58,975 bases of DNA from a virus (lineage: Duplodnaviria; Caudoviricetes): positions 1-58,975 of the IMG/VR virus record IMGVR_UViG_3300044547_001686; one strand, given 5' to 3'. The notes beneath the pieces are model-generated. The model made no database searches. It was not told the DNA's origin and saw only the letters and a program-made list of their open reading frames with translations. Made by a program: the position numbers and the translations under genes. Every line of letters begins with the position of its first letter. Within the stretch, counting starts at the first letter, position 1. Shown one piece after another: positions 7,034 through 17,120 of this stretch.

Positions 7034-10000
7034 CTATTTTAAATTTAAGATTGATTGTAAATCTTTTTCTATTTTTAAAGATGTGGTTTTGTTAAACCTA
7101 AATGTATATTCTTTGTTGCCATCTATCATTTCTAGGAAAACCGTAGACGCTCCATTTGAATTATTAATTATATCATATATAGATTTGATAGTCTCATTAG
7201 AAACCAGTGAATTAGCTTTTAAGATTATCGGTTTACTACCCGTAAATATAGCGTTATCTATTTTCTCACAGGAATTAAATATTAACTTAGGAGTAGCATT
7301 CTCCTCGTCACCATCCTTGGTTACCGAGCCAGAAAAAATAAAGATATCTCCATCAGAAAAATAGCTATCTACTATAGACTTAGCTTCTCTTGGGAAGATA
7401 ATTATCTCTATAGCCGAAGTAAGATCCTCTACCTCAAGCTTGAACATCTTTGCACCCTTTTTGGTTATCATCTTCTTTACAGATGTTATGATGCCACCTA
7501 TTTTGACTTTAGTTCCAGGGTTACATTCAGCTAATTCAAATATTTCTTTATCTACTTTAGGCTTAATAATTTCCCAAATTCCCTCAATAGGATGTTTAGA
7601 TACGTAAATCCCTAATTCTAGTTTTTCTTTCTCCAGAATTTCCAACTCACGTCTTCTATTCATTTCTACTTCTTCTGTGAGTTCGATTAAATCATCAAAG
7701 CCACCAGCTGCAGCCAAGTGTTCAATCGTTGACTTTTTCAATATAGTTGGATCACATCTTCTAAAGAAGTCATGCATAGAAGTGTACGGTTTATCCACAT
7801 CTCTTGAGCCAATGATTGCATCAGCTATAGAAGGACCTATTCCATTAACCGCAGAGAGTCCAAATAGAATTTGGTCATCTCCGATAACTTCAAAGTCATG
7901 CATTGAATTGTTAATTGATGGTGGAAGTACTTTCAATGAAGATTTTCTACATTCTGATAGATATAAAGAAGACTTTTCTTTATTGCCGGCGACAGAAGTT
8001 AGTAAAGCAGCCATGTACTGAGCGGTGTAGTGCGTCTTTAAATAGGCAGTCATGTAGCTAACCATTGCGTAGCTTGCAGCATGAGCTCGGTTGAATCCAT
8101 AGCCTCCAAAGTATTCTATATCTGAGAAAATTTTATTAGCTTTCTCTTCAGTTATATCTACGTTAGATAAACAACCTTCTACGAAGTTCTTTCTTATTTT
8201 AGGAATCTTATCCATCTGTTTCTTACCAATAACCTTACGCAAGTCATCAGCTTCAGGAACAGTAAAGCCAGCAAGATCCTTAGCAACCGCTAGTACATCT
8301 TCCTGATACAGCATAATTCCCAATGAATCCTCTAGAGCGTCTTTCATTTTAGGATGCTCATAGTCAATTGGGATACGCCCATGCTTACGATTTATGTAAA
8401 GCTTATCCATTCCTGAGCCCATTGGTCCTGGTCTGTAGAGCGAGATCAAAGCCATAATTTCTTTGATAGTTTGTGGCTGAAGCTGAACCATTAACTGTCT
8501 CATCCCAGAAGACTCAAGCTGGAAAACTCCAATAGCATTACCTTTACAAAGTTCATCAAATGTCTTTTGATCATCTAACGGTATGTGGTCTAGATCTATG
8601 TCGATATCAAGATTCTTTTTAACTAAACTAATACATTGGTCTATAACACCAAGGTTTCTTAATCCCAAGAAGTCAATCTTAAGTAGCCCGCACTGTTCCA
8701 CTCTACCCATGTCCCATTGGGTGATGATCGGATTGCCTGCACCCTTTTTCATGATAGGAAGATAGTCAGTAAGTGGTCCTCTTGATATAACTATGCCAGC
8801 AGCGTGGACTCCCGTTTGTCTAACAAGTCCCTCTAATCCAAACGCAGTGTCTACTATTTTTTTGCTATCTTCATTTGAATCATATTCAGATTTGAATTCA
8901 CTAACCTGCATGCATTCATTCAAGCTCTTTGCTATTCCTAGGACCGGTGGAGGCACCAGCTTAGATACCTTGTCTCCAGCAGTGAAGTCATATCCAAGAG
9001 CTCTTGCAGCGTCTCTTATCGACTGCTTGGCTCCTGCTTTGTTGAACGTACAAATATGGGCAACTCTGTCATCACCATATTTGGTTCTAGCATAGTCGAT
9101 AACTTTATCTCTATATCTATCGTCAAAGTCTAAGTCGATGTCGGGCATAGACTTTCTTCCCTCAACCAAAAATCTTTCAAACATCAGACCAAACTTAAGT
9201 GGATCTAAGTTAGTGATTCCCAAAGCATAGGAAAGGATACTGCCAGCTGCTGATCCTCTGCCCCATCCAACCCTAATGCCATTTTCCTTAGACCAGTTAA
9301 CTAGATCGGATACTACGAGAAAGTATTCAGGGAAACCCATTTCTTTAACTACTCTAAATTCATAGGTAGCTCTATCTACAACTTCTACTGGAAGTGGATC
9401 TCCATACTTTTTCTTTAATCCAGCCCAAGCTAAATCTTCTAAGTGTCCATTAACTTCTTTCCCACTTGGTATTGGGAAATCAGGAAAGTAAAGTTCTCCA
9501 AATTTTAGATTAACATCTATCATGTCGTGAACATGCATTGTGTTCTCTAGCCACTCTTCAGAGAATATCTTAGCCATTTGTTCATAGCTATGCAGATACC
9601 AGTGATCTCCGGAGAAAGAAAATCTATCGGGAGTATGTATGTTGCTGTTAGTGGCAACACAAAGCATTATATCATGCGAATTTGCTTCTGACTGATTTAC
9701 ATAGTGGCAGTCACCGGTAGGGATTACCATAGCTCCTATTTTTTTAGCTATGTCTATTAATTCGGCAGAAATCTTTCTTTGTTCACCCAAGCCATGGTCT
9801 TGTATCTCGATAAAATAATTGTCTTTGCCAACAATATCTTGCATCTTTTTCGCTGAAGCCAAAGCAAAGTCGTAATCATTTCTTAGCAAAGCTTGGCTTA
9901 CTTCACTATTCAAGCATCCCGATAAAACTATAATTCCATCTGAGTATTGAGAGATAAGCTCATGATCTAATCTTGGTTTAACATAGAAACCATCAGTGTA

Positions 10001-10357
10001 TGATTGGGAAGACATTTTAATAATGTTATGATAACCAACATTATTCTTAGCTAATATAGTTATATGGTACGGCCCTCTTTGTTCCCATTCACTCTTTGCT
10101 TTACCAGCTCTTTCCTCTTCGTCTCTATCCCATCTTGTTTTTCTTGCCTGGTAAAACTCAGAACCCAAAATTGGTTTAACGCCCAAGGCTGTGCCAGCAT
10201 CGTAAAAGTCCAACCAAGAGTGGATATTGCCATGGTCAGTGGTGGCTAAACCCACCATGCCAAGATCCTTAGCTCTGGTTAAATAGGCGTCTACCCCACC
10301 GTGTCCATCCAACATAGAATAAACCGTGTGGTTATGTAGATTTGTCCAATTCTTCAA
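7034..10357 (-). CDS. dnaE: DNA polymerase III alpha subunit
   Basis: PHP domain (LHNHTVYS, TDHG), GRGSAAGS, MPDIDLDF, LLKIDFLGL, FGGYGFNRAH and OB fold. Confidence 0.97.
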   Translation of the reverse strand: MKNWTNLHNHTVYSMLDGHGGVDAYLTRAKDLGMVGLATTDHGNIHSWLDFYDAGTALGVKPILGSEFYQARKTRWDRDEEERAGKAKSEWEQRGPYHITILAKNNVGYHNIIKMSSQSYTDGFYVKPRLDHELISQYSDGIIVLSGCLNSEVSQALLRNDYDFALASAKKMQDIVGKDNYFIEIQDHGLGEQRKISAELIDIAKKIGAMVIPTGDCHYVNQSEANSHDIMLCVATNSNIHTPDRFSFSGDHWYLHSYEQMAKIFSEEWLENTMHVHDMIDVNLKFGELYFPDFPIPSGKEVNGHLEDLAWAGLKKKYGDPLPVEVVDRATYEFRVVKEMGFPEYFLVVSDLVNWSKENGIRVGWGRGSAAGSILSYALGITNLDPLKFGLMFERFLVEGRKSMPDIDLDFDDRYRDKVIDYARTKYGDDRVAHICTFNKAGAKQSIRDAARALGYDFTAGDKVSKLVPPPVLGIAKSLNECMQVSEFKSEYDSNEDSKKIVDTAFGLEGLVRQTGVHAAGIVISRGPLTDYLPIMKKGAGNPIITQWDMGRVEQCGLLKIDFLGLRNLGVIDQCISLVKKNLDIDIDLDHIPLDDQKTFDELCKGNAIGVFQLESSGMRQLMVQLQPQTIKEIMALISLYRPGPMGSGMDKLYINRKHGRIPIDYEHPKMKDALEDSLGIMLYQEDVLAVAKDLAGFTVPEADDLRKVIGKKQMDKIPKIRKNFVEGCLSNVDITEEKANKIFSDIEYFGGYGFNRAHAASYAMVSYMTAYLKTHYTAQYMAALLTSVAGNKEKSSLYLSECRKSSLKVLPPSINNSMHDFEVIGDDQILFGLSAVNGIGPSIADAIIGSRDVDKPYTSMHDFFRRCDPTILKKSTIEHLAAAGGFDDLIELTEEVEMNRRRELEILEKEKLELGIYVSKHPIEGIWEIIKPKVDKEIFELAECNPGTKVKIGGIITSVKKMITKKGAKMFKLEVEDLTSAIEIIIFPREAKSIVDSYFSDGDIFIFSGSVTKDGDEENATPKLIFNSCEKIDNAIFTGSKPIILKANSLVSNETIKSIYDIINNSNGASTVFLEMIDGNKEYTFRFNKTTSLKIEKDLQSILNLK

Positions 10358-10358
10358 T

Positions 10359-10559
10359 TTACAATCCTCTGCTTCTGTCGCTGCCGTCTATTGCACTATT
10401 TCTAGTTTCTCTGTAAGTAATTATAACTACTCCACCGCAATATTTGCAGGGTACGTTTTTACCTTCTTGAGCAAAAGGGCTATTCATCATGTACTGGTCA
10501 GGTTGATCTGAGTGGCATTCGCTGCATACTCCGATAACGTCATCTGTATTATTCACCAT
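10359..10559 (-). CDS. small zinc-ribbon protein
   Basis: CSEC...CKYC; GAAAGGAGG RBS before MVNN. Confidence 0.75.
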   Translation of the reverse strand: MVNNTDDVIGVCSECHSDQPDQYMMNSPFAQEGKNVPCKYCGGVVIITYRETRNSAIDGSDRSRGL

Positions 10560-11757
10560 CTGTTGTTCCTCCTTTCTTTTCATTAGTGTAAGCAAATCTT
10601 ATTGGGGATGGAGAAATCTTCTCACTAGTCTCCATAAATGTTTCTCCGATTTTAACCCATTTGTTCTTTTGTTCCAATGAGCAATCCCCGCATCCAACTC
10701 CTGCAGAATTAGCTCGGTCGCAAGTATAGGGTCTACCCCCAATGCCAGCTTCTCTTCTTTTTATCCAGTCATTAATATGTGCTGAAGATCTACCCGGGCT
10801 ATAATCATCACAATTACTAAGTATCTCATGAAGGTACTGTATTGAATCATCTGTGTACGTTAAGATTGAACAAAGGAATAGTCTAGACTCATGGTCAAGA
10901 TGCTTATTCTCTTTAGCTTCTTTTTCTATTCTTTTAATCGCACTGCAACTATCTAGCAGTCTAACTTTGTTGAATACTTTTTCCCCATCACCAAAGGATG
11001 TGACTCTCTTGGAGCCATGTTCGTTAAAATAAGCTAATGGATCTTTTGGCCTATTCTTTTCTACTTGCATTTGAATAGAATAGTCCGTATACCAATCGCA
11101 AGCTTTCAGATCTCGTTCTTGTTCCGGGATAGAATAGTCCTGTGGTTCAGAACAGTACTTGACAATATCTTCTAGAGAAGAAAATAAAATATCATTATTC
11201 AATTTAGTCTTATACAACTTAGTCTCTTGATGCATCGAGCCGGGCAATCTCCACATTCTTCTTAAGTCATAGACGCTGAAGTCTAAAGAAGTTAATTGTA
11301 ATTTTTTAGATAAGTCATTAGCTATAAATCTGAACACGCTATGTAAGTCATTGCTGTTTGGGATTCCAAGAGCTAATGCTTCACACTCTATATGAAAGCC
11401 CTTTTTGCCAGTGTAATATACTATTAATGATTCTTCAGGGATGTAACTAGATAGATAAGAATAGAGTCTTTTGCATTCTTCTAAAGAAATATTAACATCT
11501 TTGTTATCTATATCAAAATAGAGTGAACCCATTCTGGTCGCAAGATCTATATCCTTGGAGTTATAGTGCCACACTGAAGTATATAATCCAAGATTATTAT
11601 ATTTTTCCCTAAAGGCATCTAACCTATCTATATCTACTAAGACAGGATCATCTTCCTTTTTTATTCGTATAATCCTATTTAAAGATGGCACATACTTAGC
11701 CAGCTCGACATATCGCCAAGCTGATGTGTACCTAGTATTGTCTAAAGATATTCTCAT
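10549..11757 (-). CDS. archaeo-eukaryotic primase with C-terminal PriL-like Fe-S domain
   Basis: YFDID, TGKKGFHI, D..RMWRLPGS.H; C-terminal C...HESR...YTC...CGDC. Confidence 0.85.
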   Translation of the reverse strand: MRISLDNTRYTSAWRYVELAKYVPSLNRIIRIKKEDDPVLVDIDRLDAFREKYNNLGLYTSVWHYNSKDIDLATRMGSLYFDIDNKDVNISLEECKRLYSYLSSYIPEESLIVYYTGKKGFHIECEALALGIPNSNDLHSVFRFIANDLSKKLQLTSLDFSVYDLRRMWRLPGSMHQETKLYKTKLNNDILFSSLEDIVKYCSEPQDYSIPEQERDLKACDWYTDYSIQMQVEKNRPKDPLAYFNEHGSKRVTSFGDGEKVFNKVRLLDSCSAIKRIEKEAKENKHLDHESRLFLCSILTYTDDSIQYLHEILSNCDDYSPGRSSAHINDWIKRREAGIGGRPYTCDRANSAGVGCGDCSLEQKNKWVKIGETFMETSEKISPSPIRFAYTNEKKGGTTDGE

Positions 11758-11924
11758 TTTATATTTAGACTTCCAGATTTATCACTATAATTATAGAGAA
11801 TCTTTTTAGCATAGTCTTCCATGTCTTCTGAGTAGGTTCTGTAGTATACCGATTCAGCTATAAAATATTCTAGATTGTTTAATATAAAGTATCTTTTAGA
11901 GATTCTTTCTTCACTGTCTATCAA
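11754..11924 (-). CDS. 56-aa hypothetical protein
   Basis: Manual translation from TTG (MIDSEERISKRYFIL...); fills the gap exactly, ATGA overlap with primase. Confidence 0.6.
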   Translation of the reverse strand: MIDSEERISKRYFILNNLEYFIAESVYYRTYSEDMEDYAKKILYNYSDKSGSLNIK

Positions 11925-12599
11925 CTAAAACTTCCAACGTTCTTCTATTATAGTATCTCCATCAGCTATATAGTGTATCTTTGAAGCAAGGTTGTCTGCA
12001 AGGTGTACTATCACTTCCATATACGTGATCGGTATGGTCTCTGGTACCGGTGACCAAGGCCCAAGGTGGCATCTTACTAGCCTAAGGATAGATTGTACGG
12101 TCTCTTCATCTACAAATAGGGTTGAGGATTGAGATTCCCCTGCGTATTTTTTGTCATGAGCTTGACACTTCTCTATAAAATGACCAACTGTATATGGGTG
12201 CAGTGGGTCATAGACGAAAGATTTATCATCATCCCTAGATGTAGTTCCCTTAGTTACATCATGGAGAAGGCATGCTGCATAGACCAAATCTCTCTCCTCT
12301 GCATTGAGCGAATAGGAATCACCGATAACTTTTGCTGCCCTAACTACTCTTTTTGTATGCAGAGCGTTTCCACCCTTGTTGTGCTCATCGGGTGGATGGA
12401 ATCTTCCAGAAAAACTAGATGGTATTTCCCAAAAAGAATTTGATCTAATCAAAATAGATTTCACAAAACTTTTTATTCCGTCATTAATTATTAGATCAAT
12501 TTCTTCCCATAAAGGCTTTAAGATTATAGCCTCTTCTTCAATTGATATAGAATCTTTTTCTTTATTTAATATATCATCAAGTATCGATTTGTTAACCAA
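11925..12599 (-). CDS. HD-domain phosphohydrolase
   Basis: H...GG..LHT, LLHDVTK, H.G.W and HLAD motifs. Confidence 0.85.
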   Translation of the reverse strand: MVNKSILDDILNKEKDSISIEEEAIILKPLWEEIDLIINDGIKSFVKSILIRSNSFWEIPSSFSGRFHPPDEHNKGGNALHTKRVVRAAKVIGDSYSLNAEERDLVYAACLLHDVTKGTTSRDDDKSFVYDPLHPYTVGHFIEKCQAHDKKYAGESQSSTLFVDEETVQSILRLVRCHLGPWSPVPETIPITYMEVIVHLADNLASKIHYIADGDTIIEERWKF

Positions 12600-12625
12600 A
12601 ATAGACGCCTTTCCTTAAGACTAAT

Positions 12626-12634
12626 AGTATATCA
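12626..12634 (-). promoter_or_regulatory. putative extended -10 TGATATACT
   Basis: TGn-TATACT upstream of GAAAGG RBS of the HD gene. Confidence 0.4.
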
Positions 12635-13429
12635 GCTAGGTGGAGCTTCTACGCCATCCCAAGCTTTCCATTTTGAACAAGGTGTATCAAATGGGCATTT
12701 CTTACAGTAGATTGTCTGGCCTCTTCTTGGAACAAAAATTTCTGTTTCATTGATGGTATTAGCCCAATACTTTAAAGAGTTAGAGTCTTCTTTGTCTATT
12801 TGAAAATCGGTAAACTTTTGATTAGTAGCCAATAGATCATAGTATCCAAAATGAGCTTGATTTATTTTGGCCCCAAACTTGTGCTTAAAAGCTTCGTGTA
12901 GAACAGAAAAGTCAACTTGATATGTATCAGCATGAGAGCTTCTAAAATTAAAAACCCATTTGTAAACATAGTACTGATTGTCTTTAGCTAAGATTAAGTC
13001 AAAGTTTCCATCTACTTTTGTTGAATCTCCCAGCGGTATTATGAATGGTTGGTCTATTGATATTGGGATAGAATCATCTTGTGAGTATATATTGTAAAAA
13101 CTAAGAAGAGTAGAAGCAGCACGAGAAGTTAGGCTTGAGTTATTGCCATAGTAGCTTTCATGTTGTTCATGGATTATGTCGTAGGAAGTCATGTCTTTGG
13201 GATACCATATCTTCTCCCACCTATTTAATAGAGAAGCGTACGACGGAGTGAATCCACCTTGTTTTTTGTAGAAGAAAAAATTGATAACACTTTTAATTGT
13301 ATTCTCAAATTTCTGAGTGAACATATCCCTAGAGGCAATGGTCTCACTTAATTTTTGCTGGTGTCTATAATCATATAGCAGAGCGCATGTTTGGAAGTCT
13401 TTGATGGACTCCACCTTTAGTTGTTTCAT
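12632..13429 (-). CDS. degenerate Cas4/RecB-like PD-(D/E)XK protein
   Basis: N-terminal Cys plus CKKC...C and GNFDLI; lacks the D-x-K motif. Confidence 0.7.
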   Translation of the reverse strand: MKQLKVESIKDFQTCALLYDYRHQQKLSETIASRDMFTQKFENTIKSVINFFFYKKQGGFTPSYASLLNRWEKIWYPKDMTSYDIIHEQHESYYGNNSSLTSRAASTLLSFYNIYSQDDSIPISIDQPFIIPLGDSTKVDGNFDLILAKDNQYYVYKWVFNFRSSHADTYQVDFSVLHEAFKHKFGAKINQAHFGYYDLLATNQKFTDFQIDKEDSNSLKYWANTINETEIFVPRRGQTIYCKKCPFDTPCSKWKAWDGVEAPPS

Positions 13430-14886
13430 ATATCAAAATCTCCATCATCTAATAAATCATCTAGTAAAGAACTAGTATCGTAATCTTCTTCTGTTACCGG
13501 ATCATATTCTTCATATATCTTCTTAGAGTCTACATATCTAACAAGTGGTGGATTGTAAAGAAAGCTAGAACCTGTAATTCTATTCTTTGGGATCTGTAGC
13601 TGCATTATATTATCGTCTTCAGAGTCATCACCACTCAAAAGTTTTTTCTCTGTTATGAATATAGTTACAGCACACTTCTGTTGGATTGCTAGTGATCCAC
13701 CGGTGTCTGACTGTTGGACTACTTCTCTTTTTTCTTTCATTCGGTTAGAGTTTTCTTGTGCGGTAATGATTAGAACACAATTCATATCTCTTGCTAGCTT
13801 CTCTAGCTTAACCATCATCTCTTCAAATTCGCCCCATCTTGGCTTGCCCTTGCCACCTTTAGTGAACATTGATTGTATAGTATCGATTACCACAATGTCA
13901 GGTGTTTTGTTTGAGTGCTCAATTATATCCTTAAGCCATCTCTCTAGGTCTTCAAAGTATGGGGTCTCAGGGTCATGTCTAACCATGAGTCTGTCTCCCC
14001 ACTCAGCTAACTTAGCTTTAAACTTATCTATGTATCTTTGTTTTTCTTCTGGACTCCACGTGTCAGCGTCCTTGTACACGTTCTTGCCGATTATCTGGGT
14101 CATTAGAACTCTTTCCCAGTGACCAGTAGCCTCTTCGAAGTTGACATACAAAGCTGTATATCCATTGTCTACCCAGTTATTAACCAAGCATTTGGCGAAG
14201 GTGCTCTTACCCTTACCTGAGGCAGCTATTATGGCATGAACTGCACCCTTAAAGAAACCACCTTCATCCGTATATCCCATAGCTCTATTGAGAGCTTTGA
14301 ATTGAGTTGGAACAAAGCTTGGGATATCAAGCAAAGACTCTACTCTATCTGAAATGTCTTTAGCTGTAGTTAACTTATCGAATGGATTATAGTTTAATTG
14401 ATTTTCTAGTTCTCTAATTTCAGAAGTAATTAAGTTGATTCTAGATAAATCTTTTTCAGACTTACTACCTTTTTGATTGAGAATAAGCTGAAGTTCTTGT
14501 AGGTAGTCTATCTGCTTACGTTTATTAGCCTTGTGCTTAACTAATTGCACTACAGAATCAGAAGTCGAAAGATCTAATGACATTAACAGATCCATCATCA
14601 CGGTTACTCCAGCGTTACCACCAAGTCCCTCTTTGATATCAGTCTCTGTTTCTAACCAGCTTTTGAATCCAACTGGATCGACTACATCTAGTTGAGTAGC
14701 GGTATGGTAAGCGAGTAGGGCTCGATAGAATTCGTGGATTCCCTTTTGCCCATGGTTTATACCCACAATTGAAGGGTCTAACTCTTCTGTGAAATACTTT
14801 ATAGCCCCCTCTTCCCTAAGGGATAGGGCAAAGATCTGATACTCAATCGGAGTATCATCAAGCTCTTCAAGATTATCGATTGTCAT
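13426..14886 (-). CDS. dnaB: DnaB-like replicative helicase
   Basis: Walker A ASGKGKST, VNFEE, VVIDTIQ, TAQEN and KNR motifs. Confidence 0.9.
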   Translation of the reverse strand: MTIDNLEELDDTPIEYQIFALSLREEGAIKYFTEELDPSIVGINHGQKGIHEFYRALLAYHTATQLDVVDPVGFKSWLETETDIKEGLGGNAGVTVMMDLLMSLDLSTSDSVVQLVKHKANKRKQIDYLQELQLILNQKGSKSEKDLSRINLITSEIRELENQLNYNPFDKLTTAKDISDRVESLLDIPSFVPTQFKALNRAMGYTDEGGFFKGAVHAIIAASGKGKSTFAKCLVNNWVDNGYTALYVNFEEATGHWERVLMTQIIGKNVYKDADTWSPEEKQRYIDKFKAKLAEWGDRLMVRHDPETPYFEDLERWLKDIIEHSNKTPDIVVIDTIQSMFTKGGKGKPRWGEFEEMMVKLEKLARDMNCVLIITAQENSNRMKEKREVVQQSDTGGSLAIQQKCAVTIFITEKKLLSGDDSEDDNIMQLQIPKNRITGSSFLYNPPLVRYVDSKKIYEEYDPVTEEDYDTSSLLDDLLDDGDFDI

Positions 14887-15520
14887 TCTTTCGCTTTTCT
14901 TTCATTGTCTTGTAAGCTTTTTTTCTTTGTTCAGAAAGTTTTTTCTTAGATTCTATATAAAAATCAGAAGAATACAATTCATTTTTAATCTTCTGTTCTT
15001 TAACGTGTGGTGAATGCCTAATGGCATCTATCATTCTATCAAAAACAGATTGTTCGGTAAGTTCATCATTATAGCGGATAACAACTAAGGCTATGCCTCT
15101 TTCCTTACATATATCTATTTTTTTCTGATCTCTCTTAAGAGCTTCTTCAAACTCATACTTTGATTCAAAAAATTTAGAAGTATAATAAAAGTGCTGCCTA
15201 CCATGATACTCGGCTGCCAACTTGTAGCTTGGGCAATAGACATCTAGTCTAAGCTTATCTTCTAGATAGAATTCATTGACTATCTTTTCGCTGGGTAATA
15301 GCTTCTTCATAATATTAGTTAGAGCTGTTTGTCCTCTAGATACTTTTTTTCTAGATTCTTTTAACCAGGAAAGACCTAATTGATTTATCTTTTTATTAAC
15401 TCTACCTATTGGCCAGCCAACTTCTTTTGCTATTTCATTTAAGCTTAAAGAAGTTTCAAATAATAAATCAACTAAGTATTCTGTATTGTCAGATTCTTCT
15501 TCCCAATTATCTTTTTTCAT
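14873..15520 (-). CDS. HTH plus Vsr/DUF559-like endonuclease
   Basis: LSLNEIAKEVG HTH; RLDVY...AEYHGRQH...RDQKK...GIALVVIRY; likely start MKKD. Confidence 0.75.
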   Translation of the reverse strand: MKKDNWEEESDNTEYLVDLLFETSLSLNEIAKEVGWPIGRVNKKINQLGLSWLKESRKKVSRGQTALTNIMKKLLPSEKIVNEFYLEDKLRLDVYCPSYKLAAEYHGRQHFYYTSKFFESKYEFEEALKRDQKKIDICKERGIALVVIRYNDELTEQSVFDRMIDAIRHSPHVKEQKIKNELYSSDFYIESKKKLSEQRKKAYKTMKEKRKNDNR

Positions 15521-16166
15521 TAGTTTTAGTATTTGTAAATCTACTACTACTAACAACTCTTCCTAAGTCAAGTATTGACATATTTAATGTCTCCCAAATC
15601 TTAGGGGCTAAAGCGGTGGCCAAAAGAGGGCAATCCATAATACAGTAATCAACTTTACCATCAAGCTCAGCTATCTGTGCGTGTATAGAGTCTATCTTAT
15701 CAAAGTAACCATTATATGGAACAGCTATGATCTGCTGATTGGTTCCAAATATTCCTTGTATTACTTTCTTATCATGGAAAGTAACGATTACATTTTTTGA
15801 GTCTCTAATATAATGATTAATAAATATATCTACAACTTCTTTTCTAGTGTTGTAGAAATGCTCAAAGGTATTTAAAGAATAATAATATCTGCTATTATTC
15901 AAACCTATGTTCGCTAACTTACCCTTTTCGATATCATAGGCAATTTCTGCAGGGACTGCCTTAAGAAAATTATCATCTTCAATTGCAGCACAATTGGATA
16001 TGGCTTTGACGAAATACTTTGGAAGTTTTTTCTCAGAAGAAAAATTTAAAGATGCCACAGCAGCTGGTGGCAAATTAACAAATGCAAACTTTTGTTTTTC
16101 ATCCATCTTTTTAGTCAAGTCAATAATAGACTTAACTGGGTCTAGAACTATAGAGTCGTTATTCAT
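15507..16166 (-). CDS. GT-D fold (DUF1792-like) glycosyltransferase-related protein
   Basis: C-terminal P..ATALA.....ILDLG resembles the GT-D signature; adjacent to a GT2. Confidence 0.5.
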   Translation of the reverse strand: MNNDSIVLDPVKSIIDLTKKMDEKQKFAFVNLPPAAVASLNFSSEKKLPKYFVKAISNCAAIEDDNFLKAVPAEIAYDIEKGKLANIGLNNSRYYYSLNTFEHFYNTRKEVVDIFINHYIRDSKNVIVTFHDKKVIQGIFGTNQQIIAVPYNGYFDKIDSIHAQIAELDGKVDYCIMDCPLLATALAPKIWETLNMSILDLGRVVSSSRFTNTKTNEKR

Positions 16167-16859
16167 TTAAATACCAAAGTTTCCCCAGTTAATCAAAACT
16201 GGATTAGGGTCTATTATAGAATTGATATGATCGAGTTGATGGAAAGCACCACCGTCTAGAGTGGAGTATCTTTCATACTTCATAGTCTTATCTATGTCAT
16301 GAGTATAGCCGAGGTGCTGCATGATTAGACCGGAATCTGCCCAGTAATTTCTTTGTTGCATCCATTCACCTACGTAAGTAGGTTCAGACCCACAGGCAAG
16401 GGCTCTGTTATGGAAGCCTCCACCTTCTTTGAAACGGAAAATGCGAGTAGAATTATTTGGAGCCCAAAGCTTATCTACCCTATATTGAGTCTCATTCCAC
16501 ATATGATAAAAACGAACATTAACTACATCGAATTGCGACTTAGCTAGAACATGAATTATCTCCAAATCTTGCGTGTGGTAAAGCATCTCGTCACAGTCAA
16601 TAGCTACAACCCAGTCACCAGGCTTTGCAAACTTTTCTAGGTTACCCCAAGCTCTAGCTCTTAGCTGACCCTCGTGCTTAGAGAAAAGAGATTCTTCGTT
16701 AACAAAAACTTCAGCATACTTAGCTGCAATTTCTGGAGTATTATCTGTAGAACAGTCATCGGTAAATATAATTTTATCTACCTGTTCTGACAGTCTCTGT
16801 AGGACTGGCTCTAAAAATCTAGAGCTTTCATTCTTTCCTACCATTTGTGCGTATATCAT
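16167..16859 (-). CDS. glycosyltransferase family 2
   Basis: KNE..FL, DDCSTDNT, DCDE (DxD) and H.GY motifs. Confidence 0.85.
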   Translation of the reverse strand: MIYAQMVGKNESSRFLEPVLQRLSEQVDKIIFTDDCSTDNTPEIAAKYAEVFVNEESLFSKHEGQLRARAWGNLEKFAKPGDWVVAIDCDEMLYHTQDLEIIHVLAKSQFDVVNVRFYHMWNETQYRVDKLWAPNNSTRIFRFKEGGGFHNRALACGSEPTYVGEWMQQRNYWADSGLIMQHLGYTHDIDKTMKYERYSTLDGGAFHQLDHINSIIDPNPVLINWGNFGI

Positions 16860-16881
16860 AAGTGTTCCTGTCTAAAGTTAA

Positions 16882-16911
16882 ATGGAGGGCCACATTAAAG
16901 CAGCCCTCCAT
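16882..16911 (-). terminator. stem-loop, probable terminator
   Basis: ATGGAGGGC / GCCCTCCAT 9-bp inverted repeat just after the stop at 16928; weak U-tract. Confidence 0.6.
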
Positions 16912-16927
16912 CGTACCAATAATGCTA

Positions 16928-17110
16928 TTAGGCTATTGTCTGCTCACGAGCTTCAATTGCAGAAATGCGCTCGATCTCAACATCCTTGAACAAAACTTCG
17001 CCAGTAACTCCGCGACGACCCATGGCAAGCTTCTGGGCATCTGTCTTACTATTAGCCTTGACGACTGAAGTTGTTGTTACAGTAAAGTATTTAAATTTAT
17101 TGTCTGACAT
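16928..17110 (-). CDS. 60-aa protein homologous to the N-terminus of the metallophosphoesterase
   Basis: AAAGGA RBS; KYF..TT...KA...LA.G...GEVL..D...I.A.EA shared with the 45636 ORF. Confidence 0.8.
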   Translation of the reverse strand: MSDNKFKYFTVTTTSVVKANSKTDAQKLAMGRRGVTGEVLFKDVEIERISAIEAREQTIA

Positions 17111-17120
17111 TGTTTTCCTT

